Source: Halioglobus sp. (GTDB lineage Bacteria; Pseudomonadota; Gammaproteobacteria; Pseudomonadales; Halieaceae). Taken from it: a stretch of 64,000 bases of DNA. Numbering within the stretch: the first letter of the stretch is position 1; each line of letters starts with the position of its first letter. The DNA is taken from contig JBLFWP010000003.1 of the NCBI GenBank assembly GCA_047611225.1, positions 88,583 to 152,582 of the forward strand. Reading direction: 5' to 3'. Made by a program: the position numbers and the translations under genes. The notes beneath the pieces were generated by a model. That model was given only the letters and a program-made list of their open reading frames with translations, had not been told where the DNA came from and searched no databases. Positions 26,918 to 36,826 of the stretch are shown here, piece by piece.

Positions 26918-29476
26918 CTAAAAGTCGTAAGCAACGCCAGCGTACCAATAGGCTCCATTAAAGCCGAAAGGTGCAGAACGGCGTGAGTAGGTGAATACCC
27001 CAGGGCTATCAACGAACACATTACCGCCGGGCGCATCTTCCAGTGTGCCACCTCGACTGTTGCCGATATCGTTCGTATCTGGATACTCGTCGAAGATATT
27101 GTTGCCCCCAATATTGAAGCTGAGGCCATTATCAAACGCATAAGTTGCATTGAGATCGGTCACGTAGACTTCACCATAGGTTTGACGACCGCCATCTTCC
27201 ACTGTGTATTCGCCGAAGCGATTAACGACCAGGTTCACCCGAATATTGTCACGAGAGTACATCGCCGAGAGGTTGATGCGATCTTCTGGCTGCCACTCCT
27301 CAATAATCGAGATATCCTGACTGCTAAACACCGTAGAGGGATCAACACCTGCCAAACCGCCGGAGGTGTAGATATCAACTACATCAGTCTCGGTACTGTT
27401 GGCCGCCAGCGTAATATCCAGATTACCAGCGCCCAGCTCAATACCTGAGTAGGTGGCTACAAGATCAAAGCCCTCGGTTTCCGTGTCTGCCCCGTTGAGG
27501 AAGAACTGACCGGCTGAAGCACCAACAGCTTCCAGCGCAGCACCGAGATTACCAGTCGGGTCATCATCCGCGTCCAGGCGATTACTGACCACAATCCGAT
27601 CATCGATATTGATCACGTAGTAATCGAAGGTAATACTCAACTGATCCGTAGGCGTTACGATGATGCCCGCACTGTAGTTCTCGGAGGTCTCTTCCTTCAG
27701 CTGCGGAATGCCAATGGCTTTGGCCAGTGCACTATCGTTCCTGAAGGTGCCGACTTGAGCGGCAATTTGAGGCCCATCGGGATCGTCCGGATTGGTGACG
27801 AACTGGGTACCAATATTATTGAAATACTGCTGCTGCATGGAAGGTGCCCGGAAGCCCGTGCTCACTGCAGCGCGCAGGCGAATCATGTCAGTGACAGCCC
27901 AGTTTGCCGCGACTTTGAAGTTAGTGGTGTCACCAAAATCTTCATAGTCATCGTAACGCGCGGCACCACTCACCAGCAGGTCATCGGTTAGCTGGTATTC
28001 CCCATCAACATAGAACGAGTAGACATCCCTGCTCTCATCAGCTGCCGATACAGGTGCAATACCAGGGAAGCCCTGTATGCCACCGCCAGCATCCTGCGGA
28101 TAAAGCGCGGTACCACCGGAAGAATCGAAATCGCTATAAGCATAGGCTTCGCCCGGATTAATGACGTAGTCGTCTATGCGGAACTCGCCACCAAATGCCA
28201 GCGAGAGATCACCCACATTCTGGGTAAAGTCCAGGTTAAATGTTTGCAAGCTCAACTCCAAACCGTAGGCCTCAGCGGATCTTGGAATACTGGAGCGAAT
28301 CTCACTGTCACTCAGGCCCTCACCAAAACGCAGCTGGTTTACAAAGGAATAATTAATCGAGTTGCGCGTTTCGTAGTCGATGGTGTTGCGCCCGCGTGTG
28401 TAGGAAATATCCATCCCCACCCCGCTATCGAAGTCCGCGCGGTAACCAACATCCAATGAGTAATCGTCTATCTGCGAGTGAATTCTGGGAAGAAAGCCAT
28501 CCGGAATAACGTTGTCGCCGTCCACCAGATACGACGAGCTACCAGAACTGGGGTTGCGATAAAACGCAGCTGATTCATTCTCACGCTCGGAATAAGTAAT
28601 GAAACCGTACAGCTCACCTGAGCCTATATCTAAGGCACCGTTTATTACCAGGCCGATCTGCTCAGAATCTGCATCGCCTATACGGAACACATTTCTGTCA
28701 AAGGTCAGCTCGCGGGGATCGGCAATTTCGTCAATGCCGTTGCCATCTGTGTCGGAACAGCCGCCGTAGGCACAGGAACCTGTGACACCTGCCCTATCCG
28801 TAAACCCGCGATCGCGGTAATTGAAGGTAGCGTTAATGTAACCATTATCGCCCAAAGCAAAACCTGTATTGAGATCAACGTTAGTGGTTTCACCGTCGCC
28901 TTCATCGTATTCGCCATAGGTTACGGCGGCACGACCGCCTTCATCAGCGTCCTTCAGAACAATGTTAATCACACCCGCGATGGCGTCAGAACCGTACTGC
29001 GCAGCAGCACCGTCACGCAGCACTTCAATACGCTTGATGGACGCGGCCGGGATAGCATTCAAATCCGTTCCCGCGGTACCGCGGCCTACAGAAGTATTAA
29101 TGTGAATCAACGATGCCTGATGGCGCCGTTTGCCGTTGATCAAGACAAGAGTTTGATCTGGTCCAAGGCCACGCAAGGTAGCGGGTCTCAGCGCATCGGT
29201 ACCATCTGAAATACTGGAACTGGAGAAGTTGAACGATGGCGCGATGCTCTGCAGCATGCGGCCCACCTCGGTATGGCCGGTATCAGCCAAATCCTGCGCG
29301 CTCAACACATCAACGGGAACTGGCAAGTCCTCCGCTGAGCGGCCCGGTGCACGGGTACCAGTAACTACAACTTCTTCTAGGGTCGGTTCTCCTTGCGCAA
29401 ATGTTTGCGTAGAAAGTGAAAGGGATGCGAGTGCGGCACTAACGGCCAGGAACATTGGGGTATATTTGATTCTCAT
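26918..29476 (-). CDS. TonB-dependent receptor, paralog of 23543..26116
   Basis: EEVVVTGTR, IKRIEVLRDGAAAQYGSDAIAGVINIVLK, C-terminal PFGFNGAYWY...F. Confidence 0.92.
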   Translation of the reverse strand: MRIKYTPMFLAVSAALASLSLSTQTFAQGEPTLEEVVVTGTRAPGRSAEDLPVPVDVLSAQDLADTGHTEVGRMLQSIAPSFNFSSSSISDGTDALRPATLRGLGPDQTLVLINGKRRHQASLIHINTSVGRGTAGTDLNAIPAASIKRIEVLRDGAAAQYGSDAIAGVINIVLKDADEGGRAAVTYGEYDEGDGETTNVDLNTGFALGDNGYINATFNYRDRGFTDRAGVTGSCAYGGCSDTDGNGIDEIADPRELTFDRNVFRIGDADSEQIGLVINGALDIGSGELYGFITYSERENESAAFYRNPSSGSSSYLVDGDNVIPDGFLPRIHSQIDDYSLDVGYRADFDSGVGMDISYTRGRNTIDYETRNSINYSFVNQLRFGEGLSDSEIRSSIPRSAEAYGLELSLQTFNLDFTQNVGDLSLAFGGEFRIDDYVINPGEAYAYSDFDSSGGTALYPQDAGGGIQGFPGIAPVSAADESRDVYSFYVDGEYQLTDDLLVSGAARYDDYEDFGDTTNFKVAANWAVTDMIRLRAAVSTGFRAPSMQQQYFNNIGTQFVTNPDDPDGPQIAAQVGTFRNDSALAKAIGIPQLKEETSENYSAGIIVTPTDQLSITFDYYVINIDDRIVVSNRLDADDDPTGNLGAALEAVGASAGQFFLNGADTETEGFDLVATYSGIELGAGNLDITLAANSTETDVVDIYTSGGLAGVDPSTVFSSQDISIIEEWQPEDRINLSAMYSRDNIRVNLVVNRFGEYTVEDGGRQTYGEVYVTDLNATYAFDNGLSFNIGGNNIFDEYPDTNDIGNSRGGTLEDAPGGNVFVDSPGVFTYSRRSAPFGFNGAYWYAGVAYDF

Positions 29477-29793
29477 GCGGATGAGCCTCCAGAGTAATAT
29501 TTTTTACTTATTTCGGGCTTTCGGTGTCACACAAGGCCAGGACCATCCATGTTTTCGCACAGAGGATGTGTGCTTGGCTCTGCATATTCCACCTCCATTC
29601 ACACTAGCACGATTGTCCGGGGAGGCCTTGGCCGCCCGGGAAGAAATGTAACTATTTCACAATTATGACCAGAAATAAGAAGAGGCTACGATGATGCATA
29701 CATTAGCCCTACTCACCAGCCGGCATCCTCTTTGTTGCCACGCACTACTCACAAGCACGCCCCAGCAGAGGCAGTTTCATTTCTTTCAGGCAT

Positions 29794-29824
29794 AAAAAAG
29801 GGCGGGATAGTCCCGCCCTTTTTG
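29794..29824. terminator. Intrinsic terminator after aceA
   Basis: A6-GGGCGGGA-TAG-TCCCGCCC-T6. Confidence 0.9.
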
Positions 29825-29863
29825 CAATCGGTAGCAATGGGGCTACCTGAGCGCACTCATGAA

Positions 29864-31459
29864 TCAGCCAAACTGGTTCATGGTGTTGTCTCCGCCGCCA
29901 GCCTTGAGGGCTGCCTCACCGGCGAAGTACTCCTTGTGGTCATCTCCCATATCAGAACCGGCCATGTTCTGGTGCTTAACGCAGGCAATACCCTGACGGA
30001 TTTCCTTACGCTGAACGCCCTTCACGTAACCAAGCATGCCCTGCTCGCCAAAGTACTCCTTGGCCAGGTTGTCTGTAGACAGTGCTGCAGTGTGATAGGT
30101 CGGCAATGTGATGAGATGGTGGAAGATGCCAGCTTCACGGGCAGAATCTGCCTGGAAAGTGCGAATCCACTCGTCAGCTTCTGTAGCGAGATCGGTGCTG
30201 TCGTAATCGACACTCATCAGACCATCGCGATCATAGGCTGAAACGTCTTTACCGGCTTCGCTCCATGCATCGAACACCTGCTGACGGAAGTTCAGCGTCC
30301 AGTTGAACGACGGGGAGTTGTTGTAAACCAGCTTGGCATTGGGAATTACTTCGCGGATACGGTTAACCATGCCACCGATCTGGCCAATGTGTGGCTTCTC
30401 AGTTTCGATCCACAAAAGATCTGCGCCGTTTTGCAGGCTGGTAATACTGTCCATCACGCAGCGATCTTCGCCAGTACCTTGACGAAACTGGTACAGGTTA
30501 GAAGGCAAACGCTTTGGACGTACCAACTTGTCGCCCTGCTTGATGAGCACGTCACCGTGGCTCATCTCTTCTACAGACAGCTCTTCACAATCGAGGAAGC
30601 TGTTGTACTGATCACCTAAGTCACCGGGCGAATGCGTAACGGCGATTTGCTTAGTGAGGCCTGCACCCAAAGAGTCGGTCCTGGCAACGATCACGCCGTC
30701 GTCTACACCCAGCTCAAGAAACGCGTAACGCACTGCACGAATCTTCGCGAGGAAGTCTTCATGGGGAACAGTTACTTTACCGTCCTGGTGACCACACTGC
30801 TTCTCGTCAGATACCTGGTTTTCAATTTGGATCGCACAGGCGCCAGCTTCAATCATCTGCTTGGCCAGCAGGTAGGTAGCTTCTGCATTACCGAAGCCCG
30901 CGTCGATGTCCGCAATAATAGGTACAACGTGAGTCTGGAAGTTGTCGATCTGATTCTGTACAGATTGAGCAGCAGTTTCGTCACCGGCTGTACGAGCAGT
31001 ATCCAGCGCACGGAACAAACCGCCCAGTTCACGGGCATCCGCCTGACGCAGGAAGGTGTACAACTCTTCGATCAAACCCGATACAGATGTTTTCTCGTGC
31101 ATGGACTGATCGGGCAGAGGACCGAAGTCAGAACGCAGAGCGGCAATCATCCAACCTGAAAGGTAAAGGTAGCGCCTATCCGTGCTATCAAAGTGCTTCT
31201 TGATTGAGATCATCTTTTGCTGGCCGATAAAGCCGTGCCAGCAACCCAGAGACTGGGTGTATTGGCTGCTGTCAGCATCGTAAGCTGCCATGTCTTTGCG
31301 CATGATCGCCGCAGTGTACTTGGCGATATCAATACCGGTCTTAAAACGGTTTTGCGCCTTCATGCGGGCGGCGTATTCTGGGTTTATCTCATCCCAGGAA
31401 CTGCCGTGTTGAGCCCGCAGGCCGGCAACAGCGTCTATATCTTGCTGGAAGTTTGACAT
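29864..31459 (-). CDS. aceA: Isocitrate lyase (long, Pseudomonas-type)
   Basis: YLYLSGW, DIDAGFG, EKQCGHQDGK, YNNSPSFNW. Confidence 0.96.
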   Translation of the reverse strand: MSNFQQDIDAVAGLRAQHGSSWDEINPEYAARMKAQNRFKTGIDIAKYTAAIMRKDMAAYDADSSQYTQSLGCWHGFIGQQKMISIKKHFDSTDRRYLYLSGWMIAALRSDFGPLPDQSMHEKTSVSGLIEELYTFLRQADARELGGLFRALDTARTAGDETAAQSVQNQIDNFQTHVVPIIADIDAGFGNAEATYLLAKQMIEAGACAIQIENQVSDEKQCGHQDGKVTVPHEDFLAKIRAVRYAFLELGVDDGVIVARTDSLGAGLTKQIAVTHSPGDLGDQYNSFLDCEELSVEEMSHGDVLIKQGDKLVRPKRLPSNLYQFRQGTGEDRCVMDSITSLQNGADLLWIETEKPHIGQIGGMVNRIREVIPNAKLVYNNSPSFNWTLNFRQQVFDAWSEAGKDVSAYDRDGLMSVDYDSTDLATEADEWIRTFQADSAREAGIFHHLITLPTYHTAALSTDNLAKEYFGEQGMLGYVKGVQRKEIRQGIACVKHQNMAGSDMGDDHKEYFAGEAALKAGGGDNTMNQFG

Positions 31460-31648
31460 GGTGTGATCCCTCTCTGCTCGGTGGTAAATGGAGAACGACG
31501 CTACGCCACGATCATTTAAATCGTAGCGCTACATCAGTTGCCGAGCAGTTTAGTGACGACGGGGCCATAAATGAAATAAATGGGAAATATTTTTACTATT
31601 CATAGCATCGATATTGAACGAGAGACCCACAGGGCCCAATGGTGGGCG

Positions 31649-33337
31649 TTAGGCCTCTATTCCCGGCTGATTCAGCACCGTTTCCTTCAATTCCCGTTTC
31701 AGCACCTTATTGGTGGCATTGCGAGGTAGCGCCTGCTCCCAGAGGATCACCTTTGCAGGCACCTTATACGCCGCAAGATGCGCCTTGGCATAAGCGATTA
31801 TTTCTTCCTCAGTGACTGGGGCCTGTGTGCATACGACAACAGCGACTTCTTCACCCAGCCGCTCATCGGGTATCCCAATAGCCGCTACTTCCCTTACCGC
31901 CTCGTGCTCAATCAACACGTTCTCAATTTCCACGGGATAGATATTTTCGCCACCACGAATGATCATATCCTTGGCTCTGTCCGCCAGATACAAGAAGCCG
32001 TCGCTATCCAAATAGCCTATATCGCCTGTTCTCAACCAACCATCGCGAAATTCTTCGGCATTGGCGTCAGGACGATTCCAGTACTCCCTTATATTGGTGC
32101 AGCCGCGCACACATATTTCACCCGCCTCACCCTGAAGCAGTTGGGCACCTTCTTCATCGCAAATGCGAAAATCCATGATGGGATGCGGAAACCCTGAGCT
32201 TCCCACTTTGGCTTCGAATGCCTTGCCTGTAAGAGAGGAGCCTTGAGCGTTAGTCTCTGTCATCCCCCACCCCGTGCCGCTAAAATTTTGTGGCATCTTT
32301 TTGCGCAGCAATTTGCCAACCTTGGGTGGCGTAGCTGCGCCACCTAGACCCAGTGAGAATAAACTGCTGGTATCCGCGGCATCGAATAGCGGTGAATCCA
32401 AAAGATCGAGAATCATAGAAGGAGCAGCTGCTACCGTGGTGACGCGTTCTTCTTTCACGTATTGCAGTGCGCGTTCAACATCCCATTTGTACATCATCAC
32501 GATACGTCTACCGCCGCGCAGGTTTGACAAAAACTGTGCATGGCAACCACTCACGTGAAACAGGGGTACTGCCAGCAAGGAGGTGGGCTCAAATCCACGC
32601 TCCAACATAGCGCCTATAGTTTCCCCATTGGTCATGGCTGCAGCAATCGCGAAACACTCCATATTGTAAACCGCCTGGCACAGTGCACGATGTGTCGATG
32701 CAGCGCCTTTTGGTTTACCACTGGTACCTGATGTGTACATGATCATCACGAGATCTTCGGTCTGTATATTCACCGGGGCCACTTGTTTGCCTTGATGACC
32801 CTTAAGAAATGCGGGCAGACCTTGAGGATCTTCAACTTGGGTCGGGCGCGCAATCACCGCTTGGATGCCCTTCTCTGCAAAAATCTCTGCCACGCCGTTG
32901 TAGCGTTGCTGATCACAAAAAACGAGTTTCGCTCCTGCATCCTCAACGGTGTAGGCAATATCTGCAGGCTGCCCCCAACTGTTTAAAGGCACAATCACAG
33001 CACCTATGGCCGTTACTGCCAGAAATATCGCCATCCATTCAGGGTAGTTGCGCATTGCCAGTGCAACACGTTCGCCTTTTGCTACCCCGTGGGCTTGCAG
33101 CGCAGCAGCGATCGTGTCGGCCTCGTTCATCACATCATTAAAGGTACGGCGTTCACCTTCATAAATAAGGAACTCCCTATCGCCGTGATCTCTGGCCACT
33201 GCCAACGCTTCTGGAAGTGTGGCAGGTGCATTCAGGTAGTATCGGCCACTCTGGTCATCACCGCCAAGCGCGTAGGGCGACTCGGCTGACGTCAGCTGGG
33301 CGATTACCGCGTCAAACTCCTGTTTAAGGTCAGACAT
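31649..33337 (-). CDS. Acyl-CoA ligase (class I adenylate-forming, long-chain fatty acid type)
   Basis: YTSGTSGKPKG, GWGMTE, TGD, RAKDMIIRGGENIY; start MSDLKQ after a GGAG SD. Confidence 0.9.
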   Translation of the reverse strand: MSDLKQEFDAVIAQLTSAESPYALGGDDQSGRYYLNAPATLPEALAVARDHGDREFLIYEGERRTFNDVMNEADTIAAALQAHGVAKGERVALAMRNYPEWMAIFLAVTAIGAVIVPLNSWGQPADIAYTVEDAGAKLVFCDQQRYNGVAEIFAEKGIQAVIARPTQVEDPQGLPAFLKGHQGKQVAPVNIQTEDLVMIMYTSGTSGKPKGAASTHRALCQAVYNMECFAIAAAMTNGETIGAMLERGFEPTSLLAVPLFHVSGCHAQFLSNLRGGRRIVMMYKWDVERALQYVKEERVTTVAAAPSMILDLLDSPLFDAADTSSLFSLGLGGAATPPKVGKLLRKKMPQNFSGTGWGMTETNAQGSSLTGKAFEAKVGSSGFPHPIMDFRICDEEGAQLLQGEAGEICVRGCTNIREYWNRPDANAEEFRDGWLRTGDIGYLDSDGFLYLADRAKDMIIRGGENIYPVEIENVLIEHEAVREVAAIGIPDERLGEEVAVVVCTQAPVTEEEIIAYAKAHLAAYKVPAKVILWEQALPRNATNKVLKRELKETVLNQPGIEA

Positions 33338-33618
33338 TTTCCTACTCCATTTGATGTGCGGGTTTCCCGCAGATGCCAAGCCACGAAACTACGGTGACAG
33401 CAATCGAAAACGACAAGCCGGCCTCTGACCCGAAGCGGCAAGTAAACTCTGTGGGGCGAATTTTGCACCAGCGGCAGTCGTTTCCCAACCAGTGGGAACA
33501 ACTACTCTTACAGTGGTACAGGAGTTTATCCAATACCTTAGTCGAGCTGGGTTGAAACGCCCGCTAAGACTGTAGAAGAAGGTGCCTAAATTCGGTTCAC
33601 AACCGCAACAAGCAATCC

Positions 33619-34749
33619 CTAGTTTTGTGTAGAAAACTCATCGCTAATAGCCTGGGTATGCTGCCCAAGTGCGGGCACAGGCCTAAGCTCGAGAGACTCG
33701 CCATCTGTGAGTACCGGTGGCGCAACAAGATCAACACTGCCAGAGGGCGTTTTGACGGTAGTACGACGCAATTGAGGATGCGCTGACAAGTCCGCGACGG
33801 AGTTCACTGCGCCAAAGGCAACCCGGGCATCTTTAAGCCGCTGCACCACAGCGTCCCGCGGCAGCAAGGAAAACACTGCATTAATTTTTACATCCAATGC
33901 TGGGCGATTACGGCAGCGATCAACATTGTCACAGTAGTCATTTGCCGCTACAAGCTCGGGCTGCTCCAGTACCTGCTCACAAAAACTTTGCCACTCGCGA
34001 TCATTTTGAATAGAGATCACAACCTGAAGTCCATCTGCGCAATCGTAGGCGCCGTAAGGGGCAATGGAAGGGTGGTGCAGACCAACCCGCGGTGGCGGGC
34101 TTCCGGTACCCTCCTGATGCAGCAGGGGTACCGTCATCCATTCTGCCAAGGCATCAAACAGGGAAACCGAGAGTCCCCTGCCCTTACCTGTTTGCTCTCT
34201 TTGGAGCAGTGCTTCCAACACCGCTGCATGAGCGTACATACCACAGGCAATATCGCATAGAGAAACACCTACTCGGCCCGGCTGTTCCGGCGCTCCGGTG
34301 ATGGAGGCAAGACCCGTTTCACATTGCACCAATAAGTCGTAGGCCTTCATATCGCGGTAGGGGCCGGACTCGCCGTAGCCTGAAATATCCAGTGTTATTA
34401 GCCTGGGGTTAGCCTCGCGTAACTGCGTTGAATCAAAACCACTGCGTGCGGCAGCACCTGGAGCCAGGTTCTGAATAAACACATCCGCATCGGCCAGCAT
34501 AAGCTGCAGTAGTTGGGCGTCTCGCGTGTCCTTGATATTCAAACAAATAGATTCTTTGCCCCGGTTGAGCCACACGAAATAGGCGCTCTCGCCGTCAGCG
34601 ACATGATCGTAGCTACGCGCGAAATCGCCCTCCTTGCGCTCCACTTTAATAACGCGGGCACCGGCGTCTGCGAGACGAGAACTACAAAAGGGCGCCGCTA
34701 CTGCCTGCTCCAGCGCAACAACCAACAAACCCTCAAGTGGCTGGGCCAC
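33619..34749 (-). CDS. Family III CoA-transferase, itaconate CoA-transferase-like
   Basis: EQAVAAPFC, GDFARSYD, FVWLNRGKES, QNLAPGA, KAYDLLVQCE. Confidence 0.85.
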   Translation of the reverse strand: MAQPLEGLLVVALEQAVAAPFCSSRLADAGARVIKVERKEGDFARSYDHVADGESAYFVWLNRGKESICLNIKDTRDAQLLQLMLADADVFIQNLAPGAAARSGFDSTQLREANPRLITLDISGYGESGPYRDMKAYDLLVQCETGLASITGAPEQPGRVGVSLCDIACGMYAHAAVLEALLQREQTGKGRGLSVSLFDALAEWMTVPLLHQEGTGSPPPRVGLHHPSIAPYGAYDCADGLQVVISIQNDREWQSFCEQVLEQPELVAANDYCDNVDRCRNRPALDVKINAVFSLLPRDAVVQRLKDARVAFGAVNSVADLSAHPQLRRTTVKTPSGSVDLVAPPVLTDGESLELRPVPALGQHTQAISDEFSTQN

Positions 34750-35906
34750 TAAAACGACCTCGGTAAGGCTAGCTCACGGGTGGCTATGTGCGACAGAATT
34801 AAGTTGGTGGAGATGGGAGCAACCTGATAAAGACGGGTTTCGCGAAACTTACGTTCCACATCGTACTCTGTGGCAAATCCATAACCGCCCAGGGTTTGTA
34901 CGCAGGTGTCGCCGGCAGCCCAGGAGGCTTCAGACGCCAATAACTTAGCCATATTTGCCTGCGCTCCAGCCGGCTCACCGGCGTCGTACAGATCGGCTGC
35001 CTGCTGCACCATAAGAGCCGCTGCTTCAGTTTGAATATGCGCTCTAGCAATAGGAAATTGTACTCCCTGATTTTCGCCAATGGCGCGATCGAATACATTG
35101 CGCTCGCGGGCGTAGTCTGCGGCTTTTTGAATAAACCAGCGCGCATCACCAATGCACTCCGCGGCAATCAGTATGCGTTCGGCATTCATTCCGTCGATAA
35201 TGCACTTGAAGCCCTTCCCCTCCTCGCCGATCAGGTTCTCTACAGGCACTTTTAGATCATCAAAAAACAGCTGGGTGGTTGCGTGATTCATCATGGTTGA
35301 GATCGGCTTTATTGTTAAGCCATTGCCCAGTGCCTCGCGCATATCAACCAGTAAAACGGACATGCCGTCAGTGTGCTTTTCACTTTCTTCTCGCGCAGCC
35401 GTGCGTACCAATAGCACCATCAAGTCCGAATGTTCAGCCCGTGAAATAAACACCTTCGAGCCATTTACGATGTAGTTATCTCCATCTCTCACTGCACGAG
35501 TGCTGATGCGAGAGGTATCCGTTCCGCTGCCAGGTTCGGTAACTCCAAAAGCCTGTAGGCGCAGGCTGCCATCCGCAATCCCGGGCAAATAACCATTCTT
35601 TTGTAACTCACTCCCGTGCCGCAATACCGTCCCCATAGTGTACATCTGGGCATGGCAGGCCGCGCCGTTCCCGCCGCTGCGATGCACTTCCTCTAACACG
35701 GCACACGCTGCGCTCAAGGGCAGACCACTGCCACCGTATTCCTCGGGTATCAGTGACGCCAAATAGCCCGCGTCGCTGAGCGCCTTAACAAAGTTTGTCG
35801 GGTAGGCTTTCTTTGCATCGAGGTCGCGCCAATATTCCCCTGGGAATTTCGCGCACAGAGCAGTAACCGATGCCCGAATATCGGGGTAGGTCTTTTCAAT
35901 AGACAC
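34749..35906 (-). CDS. Acyl-CoA dehydrogenase
   Basis: IPEEYGGSG, AFGVTEPGSGTD, GSKVFISR, GGYGFATEY; stop/start overlap with the CoA transferase. Confidence 0.9.
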   Translation of the reverse strand: MSIEKTYPDIRASVTALCAKFPGEYWRDLDAKKAYPTNFVKALSDAGYLASLIPEEYGGSGLPLSAACAVLEEVHRSGGNGAACHAQMYTMGTVLRHGSELQKNGYLPGIADGSLRLQAFGVTEPGSGTDTSRISTRAVRDGDNYIVNGSKVFISRAEHSDLMVLLVRTAAREESEKHTDGMSVLLVDMREALGNGLTIKPISTMMNHATTQLFFDDLKVPVENLIGEEGKGFKCIIDGMNAERILIAAECIGDARWFIQKAADYARERNVFDRAIGENQGVQFPIARAHIQTEAAALMVQQAADLYDAGEPAGAQANMAKLLASEASWAAGDTCVQTLGGYGFATEYDVERKFRETRLYQVAPISTNLILSHIATRELALPRSF

Positions 35907-35960
35907 TTAGTGTTTTCTCCGGGCAAGCGCTACTAAACTTGAAAGAAGAATGAGGGCCAC

Positions 35961-36722
35961 TTACAGGAACCATGAGCCTCCATCGACCATATGAGTTTGA
36001 CCGGTGACAAAAGAACTTGCATCGGAGGCCAAGTAAATTATGGTTCCGGTCAAATCTTCTGTCTGCAAATTGCGCTGTATCAGCTGCCCTGAAGCAATAA
36101 CCGTCTTGGCTTTTTCAAATTTTTCGCCGAAGAATTCCTCGGTACCCTCAGTCATAACCGCGGAGGGTGCCACCGCGTTGACGCGAATAGAGGCGCTGCC
36201 TAGCTCTCGTGCCATCCCACGGGTCATGCCAATGACGGCCGCTTTTGAGGCAACATAGTCCAAGCCATAAGGAAGGCCATAGACGGCTGCAAGCGATGCG
36301 ATATTGATGATTGACCCGCCCCCCGCAGCCCGCATTGGATCTACTACGGCCTTGCAGCTCTGCCATAAACCTTTCACGTTTACATTCATCACAGCATCCC
36401 ACTGTGCCTCGTCCAGCAATTCAAACCGTGCACCCTTTAGCCCACCATAGAGCGCCGCGTTGTTTACCAATATATCAATTTTCCCGAAAGCACTTACAGT
36501 TTCAGCCGCCATTCGTTGGCAACTGGCCATGTCGGTGATGTCGGTTTCCACGGAGACTACTTTCCCGCCTGCCGCTTCGATCGCTGCAACTGTCTCGTCG
36601 CAAGAATTCACATCCGAGACGAGTAAACTGGCACCCTCGGCGGCCATCGCCTCCGCATATGCTCGACCTAAACCGCGTGCGGCGCCAGTCACGATTGCAA
36701 CTTTGTCGTCTAGTTGTCCCAT
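35961..36722 (-). CDS. Short-chain dehydrogenase/reductase
   Basis: TGAARGLG, NNAA, YVASK. Confidence 0.92.
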   Translation of the reverse strand: MGQLDDKVAIVTGAARGLGRAYAEAMAAEGASLLVSDVNSCDETVAAIEAAGGKVVSVETDITDMASCQRMAAETVSAFGKIDILVNNAALYGGLKGARFELLDEAQWDAVMNVNVKGLWQSCKAVVDPMRAAGGGSIINIASLAAVYGLPYGLDYVASKAAVIGMTRGMARELGSASIRVNAVAPSAVMTEGTEEFFGEKFEKAKTVIASGQLIQRNLQTEDLTGTIIYLASDASSFVTGQTHMVDGGSWFL

Positions 36723-36826
36723 AGTTCTTTCCCTGAGCGATTAGCTCTATTACACATTTTTCAATAAAACCGCGGAATAAACTCTGATAGCAGCGGCATC
36801 AAACGTTCGTTACTTTCGAATTCCAA

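Noticed and set aside
29645-29665. CRP-like site TGTAA...TCACA upstream of the TonB receptor
   Set aside because: The spacer is 5 bp rather than the required 6
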